From the IMG/VR virus record IMGVR_UViG_3300026487_000003: a stretch of DNA of 64,000 nt. The stretch is one strand, 5' to 3'. Under the pieces are notes generated by a model that saw only the letters and a program-made list of their open reading frames with translations, was not told where the DNA came from and searched no databases. The position numbers and the translations under genes are program-made. The stretch comes from a virus. Below are positions 1 to 7,367 of the stretch, piece after piece; the stretch's first letter is position 1; each line of letters begins with the position of its first letter.

Positions 1-18
1 CCTGTGTAAAGTTAAAAA

Positions 19-267
19 CTACCCTTGACAAAGAATTTCCTCCGATCTAAAGCTCAGATATAAATCCTCCTCCGATCCGTGATCAGCTTCATGACAGTAA
101 TCTGCTGGACAAGTTTGTTCAAATTCATCTAGATAGGATGCACTGCCACAAAACTGGCACTTATAGGGTGGTTTAATATTTGATTGTTCCAAGTCTATCA
201 AAGTGATTTTCTCCTTTAAAAGTGGGTTGTAGTGCATAAACTGTTTTACTTTTATAGCAGGGGTCAT
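19..267 (-). CDS. hypothetical small Cys-rich protein (zinc-ribbon-like)
   Basis: 82-aa ORF co-directional with neighbours; KCQFCG and CPADYC motifs; start uncertain because it overlaps 173..541. Confidence 0.45.
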   Translation of the reverse strand: MTPAIKVKQFMHYNPLLKEKITLIDLEQSNIKPPYKCQFCGSASYLDEFEQTCPADYCHEADHGSEEDLYLSFRSEEILCQG

Positions 268-541
268 TGTCGTCAGGAGGATAATAGTTGTATAACTCCC
301 AAGAGCCGGAATAATTTTTATATAATCTTTTTGTTTCTTCTTGACTTCTTGGTTCCTTAGAATTCTTTAGTCGATCTAAATTTAATCTCTCACTATAACC
401 TTCAAATGAAAGCTTATAAAGCTTACATTCTTGTATAACAGATTCTATATTGACAACATCCTCAACTAAACCATTCCAGATAACAATATCAGGATTTCCT
501 GGTATTTTATTTAATAAATCAATAAGTTTATTCTTTCTCAT
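173..541 (-). CDS. hypothetical protein
   Basis: 122-aa ORF; ATGA start/stop coupling with upstream small ORF. Confidence 0.6.
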   Translation of the reverse strand: MRKNKLIDLLNKIPGNPDIVIWNGLVEDVVNIESVIQECKLYKLSFEGYSERLNLDRLKNSKEPRSQEETKRLYKNYSGSWELYNYYPPDDNDPCYKSKTVYALQPTFKGENHFDRLGTIKY

Positions 542-669
542 TCTGCATTACTCCACATGGATTTACGGTTTCGACGTTGACTGCGCATGTTCTTTGTCTG
601 CTTCTTGATAGCATCCTTTTCAGCACGGTATTCGTAGTCTTTGAATGCTTTAGGGTTTACAGCTTTCAT
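538..669 (-). CDS. hypothetical small basic protein (43 aa)
   Basis: Below the track cutoff. ATG at 669 overlaps the stop of 669..854 (TAATG) and its TGA overlaps the ATG at 541, so it is tightly coupled. Confidence 0.4.
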   Translation of the reverse strand: MKAVNPKAFKDYEYRAEKDAIKKQTKNMRSQRRNRKSMWSNAE

Positions 670-854
670 TATTCTTCCCCTACATAGATAACAGCTTCGC
701 CATCCGCTAGCTTATATGCGATCAGCAGATATCCGTTGTTATCGAAGAAGAATACGAGACCCTTTTCATTCACAGAGATAGTATCGCACAGGATTTCTTC
801 CCATGAACTTTTAGCTGTTCCGTTTACAGAGACAACCTGATAAATCTTGCTCAT
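669..854 (-). CDS. hypothetical protein
   Basis: 61-aa ORF in the co-directional block. Confidence 0.55.
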   Translation of the reverse strand: MSKIYQVVSVNGTAKSSWEEILCDTISVNEKGLVFFFDNNGYLLIAYKLADGEAVIYVGEE

Positions 855-970
855 TTCACATCTCCACAGTTAACTACTACAGTCCACTTACCATTGATTC
901 GGCTAACTTTGTGCTTAACCCCTTGTTGATAAAGTTCAAAGCTCCGGGTAAAAGCTTGTTTGCATGTCAT
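851..970 (-). CDS. hypothetical small protein (39 aa)
   Basis: ATGA-type overlaps at both ends (970/967 and 854/851) fill an otherwise empty gap. Confidence 0.4.
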   Translation of the reverse strand: MTCKQAFTRSFELYQQGVKHKVSRINGKWTVVVNCGDVK

Positions 971-1164
971 TTGTCTTTCACCATTTTAATTTCTACAAGG
1001 ATGACTTCAAAGTTTTCATCCATAAACCAATCTTCACCGAAGATATCTTCCATAGCCTTTAGTGTAACATCGCGAGTCTTATCAGCGGTAAACAAGTATA
1101 CATCATCTCCAGCTTTGTTATGCCCTACCCAATACTTGGGAGTATACTTTTGATCAGCTTTCAT
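967..1164 (-). CDS. hypothetical protein
   Basis: 65-aa ORF; packed 1 nt from the next gene. Confidence 0.6.
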   Translation of the reverse strand: MKADQKYTPKYWVGHNKAGDDVYLFTADKTRDVTLKAMEDIFGEDWFMDENFEVILVEIKMVKDK

Positions 1165-1165
1165 C

Positions 1166-1399
1166 TCAAGCCACCATCTTATTCAATTCAAAATACTTTT
1201 TCACTTCACGCTCCAGCAAAGGCCAGCCGATGAAGAATTCTACAACATCATTTGCATCCTCGATATCCTCGAACACTTGATCATCATAGGTTTGAACGAC
1301 TCGGTCAACTCCCCAACTATCAATGTGATCATTGACCCAAGCAATCGTCACTACACAGTTCAGGGCTTCGATGTTGATGTCTGCGAATTTAACGTTCAT
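1166..1399 (-). CDS. hypothetical acidic protein
   Basis: 77-aa ORF. Confidence 0.6.
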   Translation of the reverse strand: MNVKFADINIEALNCVVTIAWVNDHIDSWGVDRVVQTYDDQVFEDIEDANDVVEFFIGWPLLEREVKKYFELNKMVA

Positions 1400-1449
1400 T
1401 TTCTCTGTCTCTTGGTTTGTGAGCCGCTGTCTGCTTGCTCTGTGTGCTC

Positions 1450-1478
1450 AGTATCTCTCACAGTAGATACCCTGTCAA
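1450..1478 (-). promoter_or_regulatory. candidate sigma70-like promoter (TTGACA-17-GATACT)
   Basis: TTGACA is the reverse complement of 1473-1478 and GATACT of 1450-1455; it lies upstream of 1166..1399. Confidence 0.35.
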
Positions 1479-1574
1479 CACTATTTTCGTAAATCCTTTA
1501 CCGTTCGTCGCCATAGGCCAGCAAGAACATTCCTCATCAGATTTGTGGCAACGTGGACATATAAGAAGAAGCAT
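1458..1574 (-). CDS. hypothetical small Cys-rich protein (38 aa)
   Basis: AGGAG 6 nt upstream of the ATG at 1574; CPRCH...CSC motif. Confidence 0.35.
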   Translation of the reverse strand: MLLLICPRCHKSDEECSCWPMATNGKGFTKIVLTGYLL

Positions 1575-1587
1575 ATCTATCTCCTAA

Positions 1588-1767
1588 TTAAATTCCAAAC
1601 TCTTTGGCTGCTTTACTCATCAGGCAACCGAGTGCCTTATTCTGCATCACAACCTTATTCCTGTCAACAACTTGCCAGCAAGCTTCTTTCTCATTTTTGA
1701 TTACTTGGAATCCTGCTTGGGTAAGAGTTCGTTGGGTGGAAGAAGTGAAGGTGGTCCACTTGTGCAT
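1588..1767 (-). CDS. hypothetical protein (59 aa)
   Basis: ORF just under the track cutoff that fills the gap between 1574 and 1771. Confidence 0.45.
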   Translation of the reverse strand: MHKWTTFTSSTQRTLTQAGFQVIKNEKEACWQVVDRNKVVMQNKALGCLMSKAAKEFGI

Positions 1768-1770
1768 TTA

Positions 1771-1950
1771 TTAATCAATCCAAGTTAATTTAGCGATACG
1801 AGCATTCTTTACAAAAACACTTTGAAGGGCTTGATGCTTATTATCAAGGCACTCATCATAGGTAGAAGGTTGGGTTACATAGATTTCTGGTTCAAAACCA
1901 CACTCAAGCTGATGATATTCAACAAACAGCACAAAGTATTCAGTTTTCAT
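1771..1950 (-). CDS. hypothetical protein
   Basis: Track ORF 1771..1971. The internal ATG at 1950 (MKTEYF) is preceded by GAGGAGG and is the likelier start. Confidence 0.55.
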   Translation of the reverse strand: MKTEYFVLFVEYHQLECGFEPEIYVTQPSTYDECLDNKHQALQSVFVKNARIAKLTWID

Positions 1951-1951
1951 A

Positions 1952-2128
1952 TCACACCTCCTCAACAGCACGTTTAGCTATCATTGAATCCAGCTTAGGA
2001 ATGTACTCGAACATCTCACCAGTAGTCAAGCAGCGGGCAGTGTAGGATTCACAGTACATCTCGCCGTCCTCCTCAACAACGATTGCTTCAATTTCGTAGC
2101 CAAGGTATTCAAAGTTAACGATTGTCAT
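1952..2128 (-). CDS. hypothetical protein (58 aa)
   Basis: AGGAGA 6 nt upstream of the ATG at 2128; its stop lies 1 nt before the next ATG. Confidence 0.45.
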   Translation of the reverse strand: MTIVNFEYLGYEIEAIVVEEDGEMYCESYTARCLTTGEMFEYIPKLDSMIAKRAVEEV

Positions 2129-2351
2129 GGTATTTCTCCTGAAACTCTAGAATGAATTGCCGGTAATCTTTGTTCTCTTGAGACAGATTATGAAGCTCAT
2201 CCTCGGTTATGTCAACCCATGTCGCTATGAAATTATTCATTGCAATTTCTGATCGAAATTCAATAGCTGATAGCAAATCTATATGGGCACATTTACGGTC
2301 TTCGTTGTCGTTGGTTGGGATTGTGTCAAGCAAGTCTTTCAGAGAGTACAT
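2115..2351 (-). CDS. hypothetical protein
   Basis: Track ORF 2115..2402. The start at 2351 (MYSLKDLL) minimises overlap with the deaminase gene. Confidence 0.5.
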   Translation of the reverse strand: MYSLKDLLDTIPTNDNEDRKCAHIDLLSAIEFRSEIAMNNFIATWVDITEDELHNLSQENKDYRQFILEFQEKYHDNR

Positions 2352-2722
2352 TCTAGCACCTGTATGTTCTTCATTTTGAGTATCATGGCGCAGCTTGGGC
2401 ACGGATTACTAGGAAGCAAGTCACCTTTCCTACCAACTCTCACGATAGTGGCCCTATAAGCCTTGTGGTGAGGTTTTAGCTTGATGCAAGCACCTAGCTC
2501 AGCGTGGACATAACAACGCTCTGAATCGAATCCTGTGGCCTCTGAGAGACGTTTCTGCAAAGGGTGCGTACAAGTGTAGTCGTTAACACCTGTGGAAAGA
2601 ATCCTACCACGCTTATCCGATATAATACAAGCCACTCTCTGGAAGCCTTTGACGTTCGGAAGCTCAAGGGCAAGGGCTTTAGCACGGTCGATTAGTGTCT
2701 TCATTGCGTTTCGACTCGCCAT
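2339..2722 (-). CDS. cytidine/dCMP deaminase-like zinc enzyme
   Basis: HAE zinc/catalytic motif (CYVHAELGA) and downstream PCPSC motif at the spacing typical of the CDA fold. Confidence 0.7.
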   Translation of the reverse strand: MASRNAMKTLIDRAKALALELPNVKGFQRVACIISDKRGRILSTGVNDYTCTHPLQKRLSEATGFDSERCYVHAELGACIKLKPHHKAYRATIVRVGRKGDLLPSNPCPSCAMILKMKNIQVLECTL

Positions 2723-2927
2723 AAATCAGATTAGTAACTTCTGCCGACATAGCAGCCCACTCATCACCCCAATACTTCAGGATAGGGTAGGGTAGATCGC
2801 TGTAGCTAAGCGCTGAGATAAACCCCAAGAACTGCTGACAGATTGCGTCCTTAGCGTAGCTGTTTGTGTGCAAATCAAAATCACGACGGTATTGTTCGAG
2901 ACGGGCGATGACGGCTTCTGTGTTCAT
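2679..2927 (-). CDS. hypothetical protein
   Basis: Track ORF 2679..2987. The ATG at 2927 (MNTEAVI) is preceded by GAGGAA and avoids overlap with 2938..3423. Confidence 0.5.
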   Translation of the reverse strand: MNTEAVIARLEQYRRDFDLHTNSYAKDAICQQFLGFISALSYSDLPYPILKYWGDEWAAMSAEVTNLIYGESKRNEDTNRPC

Positions 2928-2937
2928 TTCAATTTCC

Positions 2938-3423
2938 TCAGACGATCTTCTTAAAGGTTGATTTGATGTTAGACTCAATCTCTTCACTTGTCAACAACCC
3001 ACTGAACCATTCTCCCACCAATCTTTGCTTTTTGAACAAAGAGTGAAGAGATTTTTCAATCTCTCTTGCAGGCTGGTTTACTTTCCATACAGACGCCAGC
3101 TTCACAGGCAGACCCATAGCACAAGAAATAGCAGCAGCACGGGTCTTAGGATTCTTGCTGATTCCAATTTTTGAATTACCTGTACTATCACAATGGATGA
3201 GATACAGAAACTGATTGTCGTCCTTGTAATCTTTGAATTTTGAAAACCTCGCAAGTAAGGAGTTAGCAAGGTTGGAATCAATGTCCTTTCTCTCGTTTTT
3301 CCTAGCCCAACCTTTGACATTCGTTATTCCAAAAGCAATAAATTCCTCATTAGTCATCGCAAATTTGATCCCACCGTCTGCGGTCAAGCCGTTGCGTGCT
3401 TTCATATAATCATCTAGCTTCAT
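2938..3423 (-). CDS. T5orf172 / GIY-YIG-like domain nuclease (putative free-standing homing endonuclease)
   Basis: FLYLIHC...SKIGIS...R...GEWF motif set typical of T5orf172; AAGGAG 7 nt upstream of the ATG at 3423. Confidence 0.7.
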   Translation of the reverse strand: MKLDDYMKARNGLTADGGIKFAMTNEEFIAFGITNVKGWARKNERKDIDSNLANSLLARFSKFKDYKDDNQFLYLIHCDSTGNSKIGISKNPKTRAAAISCAMGLPVKLASVWKVNQPAREIEKSLHSLFKKQRLVGEWFSGLLTSEEIESNIKSTFKKIV

Positions 3424-3862
3424 TACCAATCTCCTTTAAATGGTATTCAGATTTACATTCCACTGAGTTCTGAAATTAAGGTAAAAAGACCCCTAACCCG
3501 TGGCCATACGCTTCTTAAGAACCCTGCGGCTCTCTGCGCTTCGACCTAGGTCAGAGTCTATTCCTTTTAAGAACTCAGTGTCAACCCCATGGACTGAATT
3601 TCTTCAGCATTCCACTTGAGACTTCAACAAATCCTACGAAGCATGGGTACATTCATAGGCAAGGGGTTAGCACAGGTTTACAAGGCGGCTAACCTTCGGT
3701 ATCATTTTTACGACCTTGATCGCTGTCACTCAGTCCATACCTTTTCGACCAGACTGTGCTTTGTGGTGACTCCGTGGTAAGCTTTAAGTCTAAGGCGCCC
3801 GTTGCATTTCTGACCCCACCAAAGACCGAGCAAACAAGTACCATTGCTGTTAAATGTTCACG
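3424..3862 (-). ncRNA. structured ~430-nt leader RNA, copy A of a 3-member family
   Basis: No ORF of 60 aa or more in any frame. Shares motifs and compensatory helices with 34481-34891 and 63627-64000, and ends in GAACTCAGTGGAATG about 30 nt before the RBS. Confidence 0.55.
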
Positions 3863-3868
3863 ACACCA

Positions 3869-3896
3869 ATTATACTAGCTTTTCCCCAAACGTCTA
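3869..3896 (-). promoter_or_regulatory. sigma70-like promoter TAGACG-16-TATAAT for leader A / T5orf172
   Basis: TATAAT is the reverse complement of 3869-3874 and TAGACG of 3891-3896. Confidence 0.5.
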
Positions 3897-4021
3897 CACA
3901 ATTCTCTCTATAGCTCACCAACTCCTAATAAAATCTTTCAATCAAAATTCCCCTTGCATCCTCATCAGATCGTGGTAATTTAGACCTATCGAAAGCAAAT
4001 CAACCTGATGAGGTGAGTGAG

Positions 4022-4735
4022 ATGTCTTTTAATGTCGGAGAAATCATCAACATTGACGCCCCTTTGATGAGGCTTGAGCGTAAGCATCCAGGCTTTGAAG
4101 GCGCTATCAAGATCGGTAAGCGTGACTTCAAGAGCTACTTAACCTATCGCTTTGTAAAGGATTCTATCAGCTTTATTCCGATCAAGGACGTCAACGAATC
4201 TTTGACGGACGCATCTACTATGATCCGTGCGCCTATTCCTAAGACGGAAGAAGATTTCCTAGGTTACATCCATGAGCTGGGTCACTGTAAGGCTAAGCAG
4301 TATAGGTCTAGCCGACAATCCTTTATGGGTATGTACATCAGTGTTGACAAGGCTTGTGTAGAGAATGAAGTGAATGCTTGGCACTGGGGTTTGCGCTACT
4401 ACCGCCGGCTGGGCATGAAGCTGTCCGAGCAAGGTCGTAAACTTATCTGTAAGACTCTGGGTAGCTACCTGAAAATAGCGACTGACAAGGATCATGCCAA
4501 GTCTTGCTCTGAGAGGATCAAGAATTTGACAGGGTTGAGTTACGAAGATTACGTTCCTAAAGAGAAAGACAGAGTAACACCAAGCTTGACAATTACTATT
4601 GACTGGGGTGACATTAAGCCAGTCAATGACTACTGTCTACCAAAGAAAGAGGTTGTGCAGACTGTTGACAAGCGAAAGCCTTGGGTTAGACTGAAAGAAA
4701 AGCAACAGAAACGTCAGTGGAGAAATCAGAGATGA
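4022..4735 (+). CDS. putative zinc metallopeptidase (HExxH)
   Basis: IHELGH motif with downstream NEVNAW; GAGGTGAG upstream of the ATG at 4022 (track start 4013 is GTG). Confidence 0.55.
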   Translation: MSFNVGEIINIDAPLMRLERKHPGFEGAIKIGKRDFKSYLTYRFVKDSISFIPIKDVNESLTDASTMIRAPIPKTEEDFLGYIHELGHCKAKQYRSSRQSFMGMYISVDKACVENEVNAWHWGLRYYRRLGMKLSEQGRKLICKTLGSYLKIATDKDHAKSCSERIKNLTGLSYEDYVPKEKDRVTPSLTITIDWGDIKPVNDYCLPKKEVVQTVDKRKPWVRLKEKQQKRQWRNQR

Positions 4736-5112
4736 TCGTAGTAAAAGTAGAGAATGAATTTGGCAACTATTACAAGTGGGTAGACCACGGCTTTGATGTC
4801 CATTCCGATTACAACCACATCGATGCTTATTTTGAGATTAAAAACGCAGAGAATTGGTCATTCTGTCCTTGCTGCAAGCTTAAGCCTAAGGTTTGGATAT
4901 TCGACAATGGCCGTTCTACAGCTTGCGGGTGCTGGAATAGTCGTTACGAAATTTTCTCTGTCAAGGCTGAGTCGATAATGTCTGTCTACAAACGCACTGG
5001 CATGACTGCCGAGTACGATGCAGATGCTTTGCGAAAGAACTGGAACGAATACTGCGCTACTGAAATCAACTCTTGCAATCATGCAGACCTTTTGCTAGAA
5101 TCTAAATGGTAA
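4732..5112 (+). CDS. hypothetical Cys-rich protein
   Basis: CPCC...CGC motifs; the ATG at 4732 overlaps the previous stop (ATGA). Confidence 0.55.
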   Translation: MIVVKVENEFGNYYKWVDHGFDVHSDYNHIDAYFEIKNAENWSFCPCCKLKPKVWIFDNGRSTACGCWNSRYEIFSVKAESIMSVYKRTGMTAEYDADALRKNWNEYCATEINSCNHADLLLESKW

Positions 5113-5134
5113 GGTAATCAACCGGAGAGAAGTG

Positions 5135-5419
5135 ATGAGCATGTCCTGTGAAGCTAAGCGTAAAGCAATCCGTGACTACATCAGCAACATCGTGGACCAA
5201 GACTTTTATACGGTAGTATTCACCAAGAAAACCACTGGTGAGGTTCGGACCATGAACGCCCGGCAGAACGTTAAGAAGCACAGTCGTGGTGGTGTGAACC
5301 CTTGTGCCGGTAAGGACGATTTGCTACCCACCTTTGACGTGAAGATTGGCGCTTATCGGACGATCACCATTGACAACGTGATTGAAATCCGTCATAGTGG
5401 TTGTGTGATTAAATTCTGA
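5135..5419 (+). CDS. hypothetical protein
   Basis: 94-aa ORF; GGAGAGAA upstream. Confidence 0.55.
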   Translation: MSMSCEAKRKAIRDYISNIVDQDFYTVVFTKKTTGEVRTMNARQNVKKHSRGGVNPCAGKDDLLPTFDVKIGAYRTITIDNVIEIRHSGCVIKF

Positions 5420-5432
5420 TAGGAGATTTGAG

Positions 5433-5588
5433 ATGATTAGCAAAATTATAGGCCCTGTGGCTTTCATTACTGGAATAGCGTGTGTTTATATGGGAAACGT
5501 AGAAGACTCATTATCCTGGGCCCTTATGGGATTAGTTTTAACGAGCTTTGGAACAGGTTTTACTTATTACCACTGGAGTGATTCATGA
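5433..5588 (+). CDS. small membrane protein (51 aa, two hydrophobic segments)
   Basis: AGGAG 6 nt upstream of the ATG at 5433; its stop overlaps the next ATG (ATGA). Confidence 0.5.
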   Translation: MISKIIGPVAFITGIACVYMGNVEDSLSWALMGLVLTSFGTGFTYYHWSDS

Positions 5589-5773
5589 ACAGTAAAATGG
5601 ACAAAGACCTTATGACAATTCTTCGCTATATCGATTCGTGCTATCTACCATCGCACCATAAAATCTGTGTACGAATGGTGGAGCAATATGGTAAGCTTCA
5701 TGACATTGATGTATTCGGTCTGGCAATGTTGGTGGATGCTTTGGAAGCTAAAGGGGGATATGATGAAATCTAA
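5585..5773 (+). CDS. hypothetical protein
   Basis: 62-aa ORF. Confidence 0.55.
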   Translation: MNSKMDKDLMTILRYIDSCYLPSHHKICVRMVEQYGKLHDIDVFGLAMLVDALEAKGGYDEI

Positions 5774-5975
5774 TATCACTATCGGTGTTGAGTTTCTGGC
5801 TGGTACAAGTTTCATTACTGCGATTGAGGAAGCTAAACAAAAGGCTCAAGAGTGGAATGTTGCATTTGTTAAATTTGATTTTAACGGTCGCAAGATTTCA
5901 GTGAGTCAACATGCTGATCTTGAGCAACTTGCAGAAGATTGGAAAGACTGGTCTCGTAACTATTTGGTGGGGTGA
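5760..5975 (+). CDS. hypothetical protein
   Basis: Track ORF 5667..5975. The ATG ATG at 5760 is preceded by AAGGGGG; the W-rich N-terminal extension looks spurious. Confidence 0.5.
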   Translation: MMKSNITIGVEFLAGTSFITAIEEAKQKAQEWNVAFVKFDFNGRKISVSQHADLEQLAEDWKDWSRNYLVG

Positions 5976-5980
5976 ATAAA

Positions 5981-6157
5981 ATGACGCTTAATGAATTGGA
6001 TTTGCTGAATGCTGAGGAGCTGCTTGAGCTTGCTCGTGATAATGTCCTTGCAGTAGACGGCTATAATTTTTCAGAGATTGTGCTTAAGGTCGCAGACTAT
6101 CAGTATGAGATGGGTGAGTTTAATGGTAATTGTGCCAACGCTGGATACTGGTCATGA
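5981..6157 (+). CDS. hypothetical protein
   Basis: Track ORF 5972..6157; first ATG at 5981. Confidence 0.5.
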   Translation: MTLNELDLLNAEELLELARDNVLAVDGYNFSEIVLKVADYQYEMGEFNGNCANAGYWS

Positions 6158-6375
6158 ACCCTATCTACAAACCTCTAGATTTGCTCTCTGTGGCTGAAAG
6201 AGGTATCCTTGAGTACGAGGGTATCAACATCTCTGAAATCGTTATGGCAGCGCTCTCCGTGGCTTCTGTAGAGTTTCAAGATTCTCACCAGTCTAAGCTA
6301 GACGAAGCTTATGAACGAGGTTATGATGAAGGACAAGCTGACCAAGCAGCAGAGATTAGAGCAGTCATTGGTTGA
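6154..6375 (+). CDS. hypothetical protein
   Basis: Track ORF 6130..6375; the ATG at 6154 overlaps the previous stop (ATGA). Confidence 0.5.
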   Translation: MNPIYKPLDLLSVAERGILEYEGINISEIVMAALSVASVEFQDSHQSKLDEAYERGYDEGQADQAAEIRAVIG

Positions 6376-6535
6376 GATGTATGATGCTTGCAAATCAATC
6401 CTAGTGATGCTAGACTTCTACGAACAGATACAGCTTGGTGTGGAATTTTATCGGATAGACTCGCCTAGATTGATTCTGATTAGGCAAGCTGTGATTAATG
6501 CAGAAAGATTATTGAAGGAGATGAGTGATGAATAA
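6326..6535 (+). CDS. hypothetical protein
   Basis: Track ORF 6311..6535; start ambiguous (6311, 6323, 6326 or 6377). Confidence 0.4.
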   Translation: MKDKLTKQQRLEQSLVEMYDACKSILVMLDFYEQIQLGVEFYRIDSPRLILIRQAVINAERLLKEMSDE

Positions 6536-6710
6536 AGAATATGGCCTAAAAGAATATAAAGCTTTGTTGGAAAAGGCTTTTGAAAAGTATCAGAATCCTA
6601 TGTCAGTGCCTCCTGAGCTTGATCCTTACAAGGAAGGTGTTTTGTATAGAAATGCTAAACTTGAAATCTTGAATTGGGCGATTGAAATGTTGCCGGAGAT
6701 TGAAGAATGA
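6528..6710 (+). CDS. hypothetical protein
   Basis: AAGGAG upstream of the ATG at 6528. Confidence 0.55.
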   Translation: MNKEYGLKEYKALLEKAFEKYQNPMSVPPELDPYKEGVLYRNAKLEILNWAIEMLPEIEE

Positions 6711-6898
6711 ACAAACAATTTGAGCAACAATGCAATATCTTATACAAGGCCCTTGACGATATGCCTATTAGCTTTCTCAACGAGTTGGCGGAGAATCTTC
6801 CTGAGTATATAAAAGCTAGGAAGCTTAAGTGGGCGGATGAGTTGCTTGAGGGTAAGCAAAAGCAGATGCGGAGAAGTCATCTACGGGTGGTTAAGTAG
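6707..6898 (+). CDS. hypothetical protein
   Basis: ATGA coupling to the previous gene. Confidence 0.55.
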   Translation: MNKQFEQQCNILYKALDDMPISFLNELAENLPEYIKARKLKWADELLEGKQKQMRRSHLRVVK

Positions 6899-7093
6899 AT
6901 GAGTAGATATGGAATAGTAGAATTTATATGGGTATTTGGCATAGGATTTCTATGGGGATTCGCAATCTTTGTACCGGGTCGTGTTGAGCAGGATATTCTA
7001 GATAAAGCAAAACAAGTTGTTGCGGAATGTCAAAAAGACCTACCTCGCAGTAAAGTATGCGAACTGACGGCTAAAGTGAAGGAGGGCAAGTGA
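6899..7093 (+). CDS. small membrane protein
   Basis: Hydrophobic N-terminus IVEFIWVFGIGFLWGFAIFV. Confidence 0.55.
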   Translation: MSRYGIVEFIWVFGIGFLWGFAIFVPGRVEQDILDKAKQVVAECQKDLPRSKVCELTAKVKEGK

Positions 7094-7251
7094 TGAATAT
7101 GAAAAATGCTATTGTGGCTGCTTACGTATACGCCTATGAAGCAGCTATTATTAACTCTCGTGAAGAAATGCTTGAGAAGCTTGTTATTGAGCTAACCAAA
7201 CAGCTTGAGCGCATGGAACAGCAGGAAGCTCTGCGAGTAAGTAAAAAATGA
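7093..7251 (+). CDS. hypothetical small protein (52 aa)
   Basis: Fills the gap before the primase gene; overlapping start and stop on both sides. Confidence 0.4.
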   Translation: MNMKNAIVAAYVYAYEAAIINSREEMLEKLVIELTKQLERMEQQEALRVSKK

Positions 7252-7367
7252 CCACTATCGCCAGCTATATTTTGCTGAACTATTATGTAGGGACAACTTG
7301 GAGCGGATGGCTTATGGTATTGCCTGTGTTGCTGGATTTGGCGCTGATTGATAGGGTTAGTAAATGA
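7248..7367 (+). CDS. small hydrophobic protein (39 aa)
   Basis: ATGA coupling at both ends (7248 and 7364). Confidence 0.35.
   Translation: MTTIASYILLNYYVGTTWSGWLMVLPVLLDLALIDRVSK

Noticed and set aside
3421-3433. 13-nt identity (GAGATTGGTAATG on the minus strand) between the RBS/start regions of the T5orf172 gene and of 61929..62270 (62268-62280), with loosely similar upstream sequence
   Set aside because: The match is too short, and the upstream similarity is too gappy to distinguish homology from chance without a computed alignment. It is noted only as a possible remnant of a fourth, minimal leader.
3424-3862. Leader copies A, B and C being ordinary group I introns
   Set aside because: There are no same-strand exons on either side, and A and B start at their own promoters. 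A GTCGAAAG-type hairpin resembles one in the tape measure intron, but I could not find convincing P7 (R/S) pairing or a guanosine-site context. This is kept as an open possibility only in the sense of an intron-derived or ribozyme-like fold.
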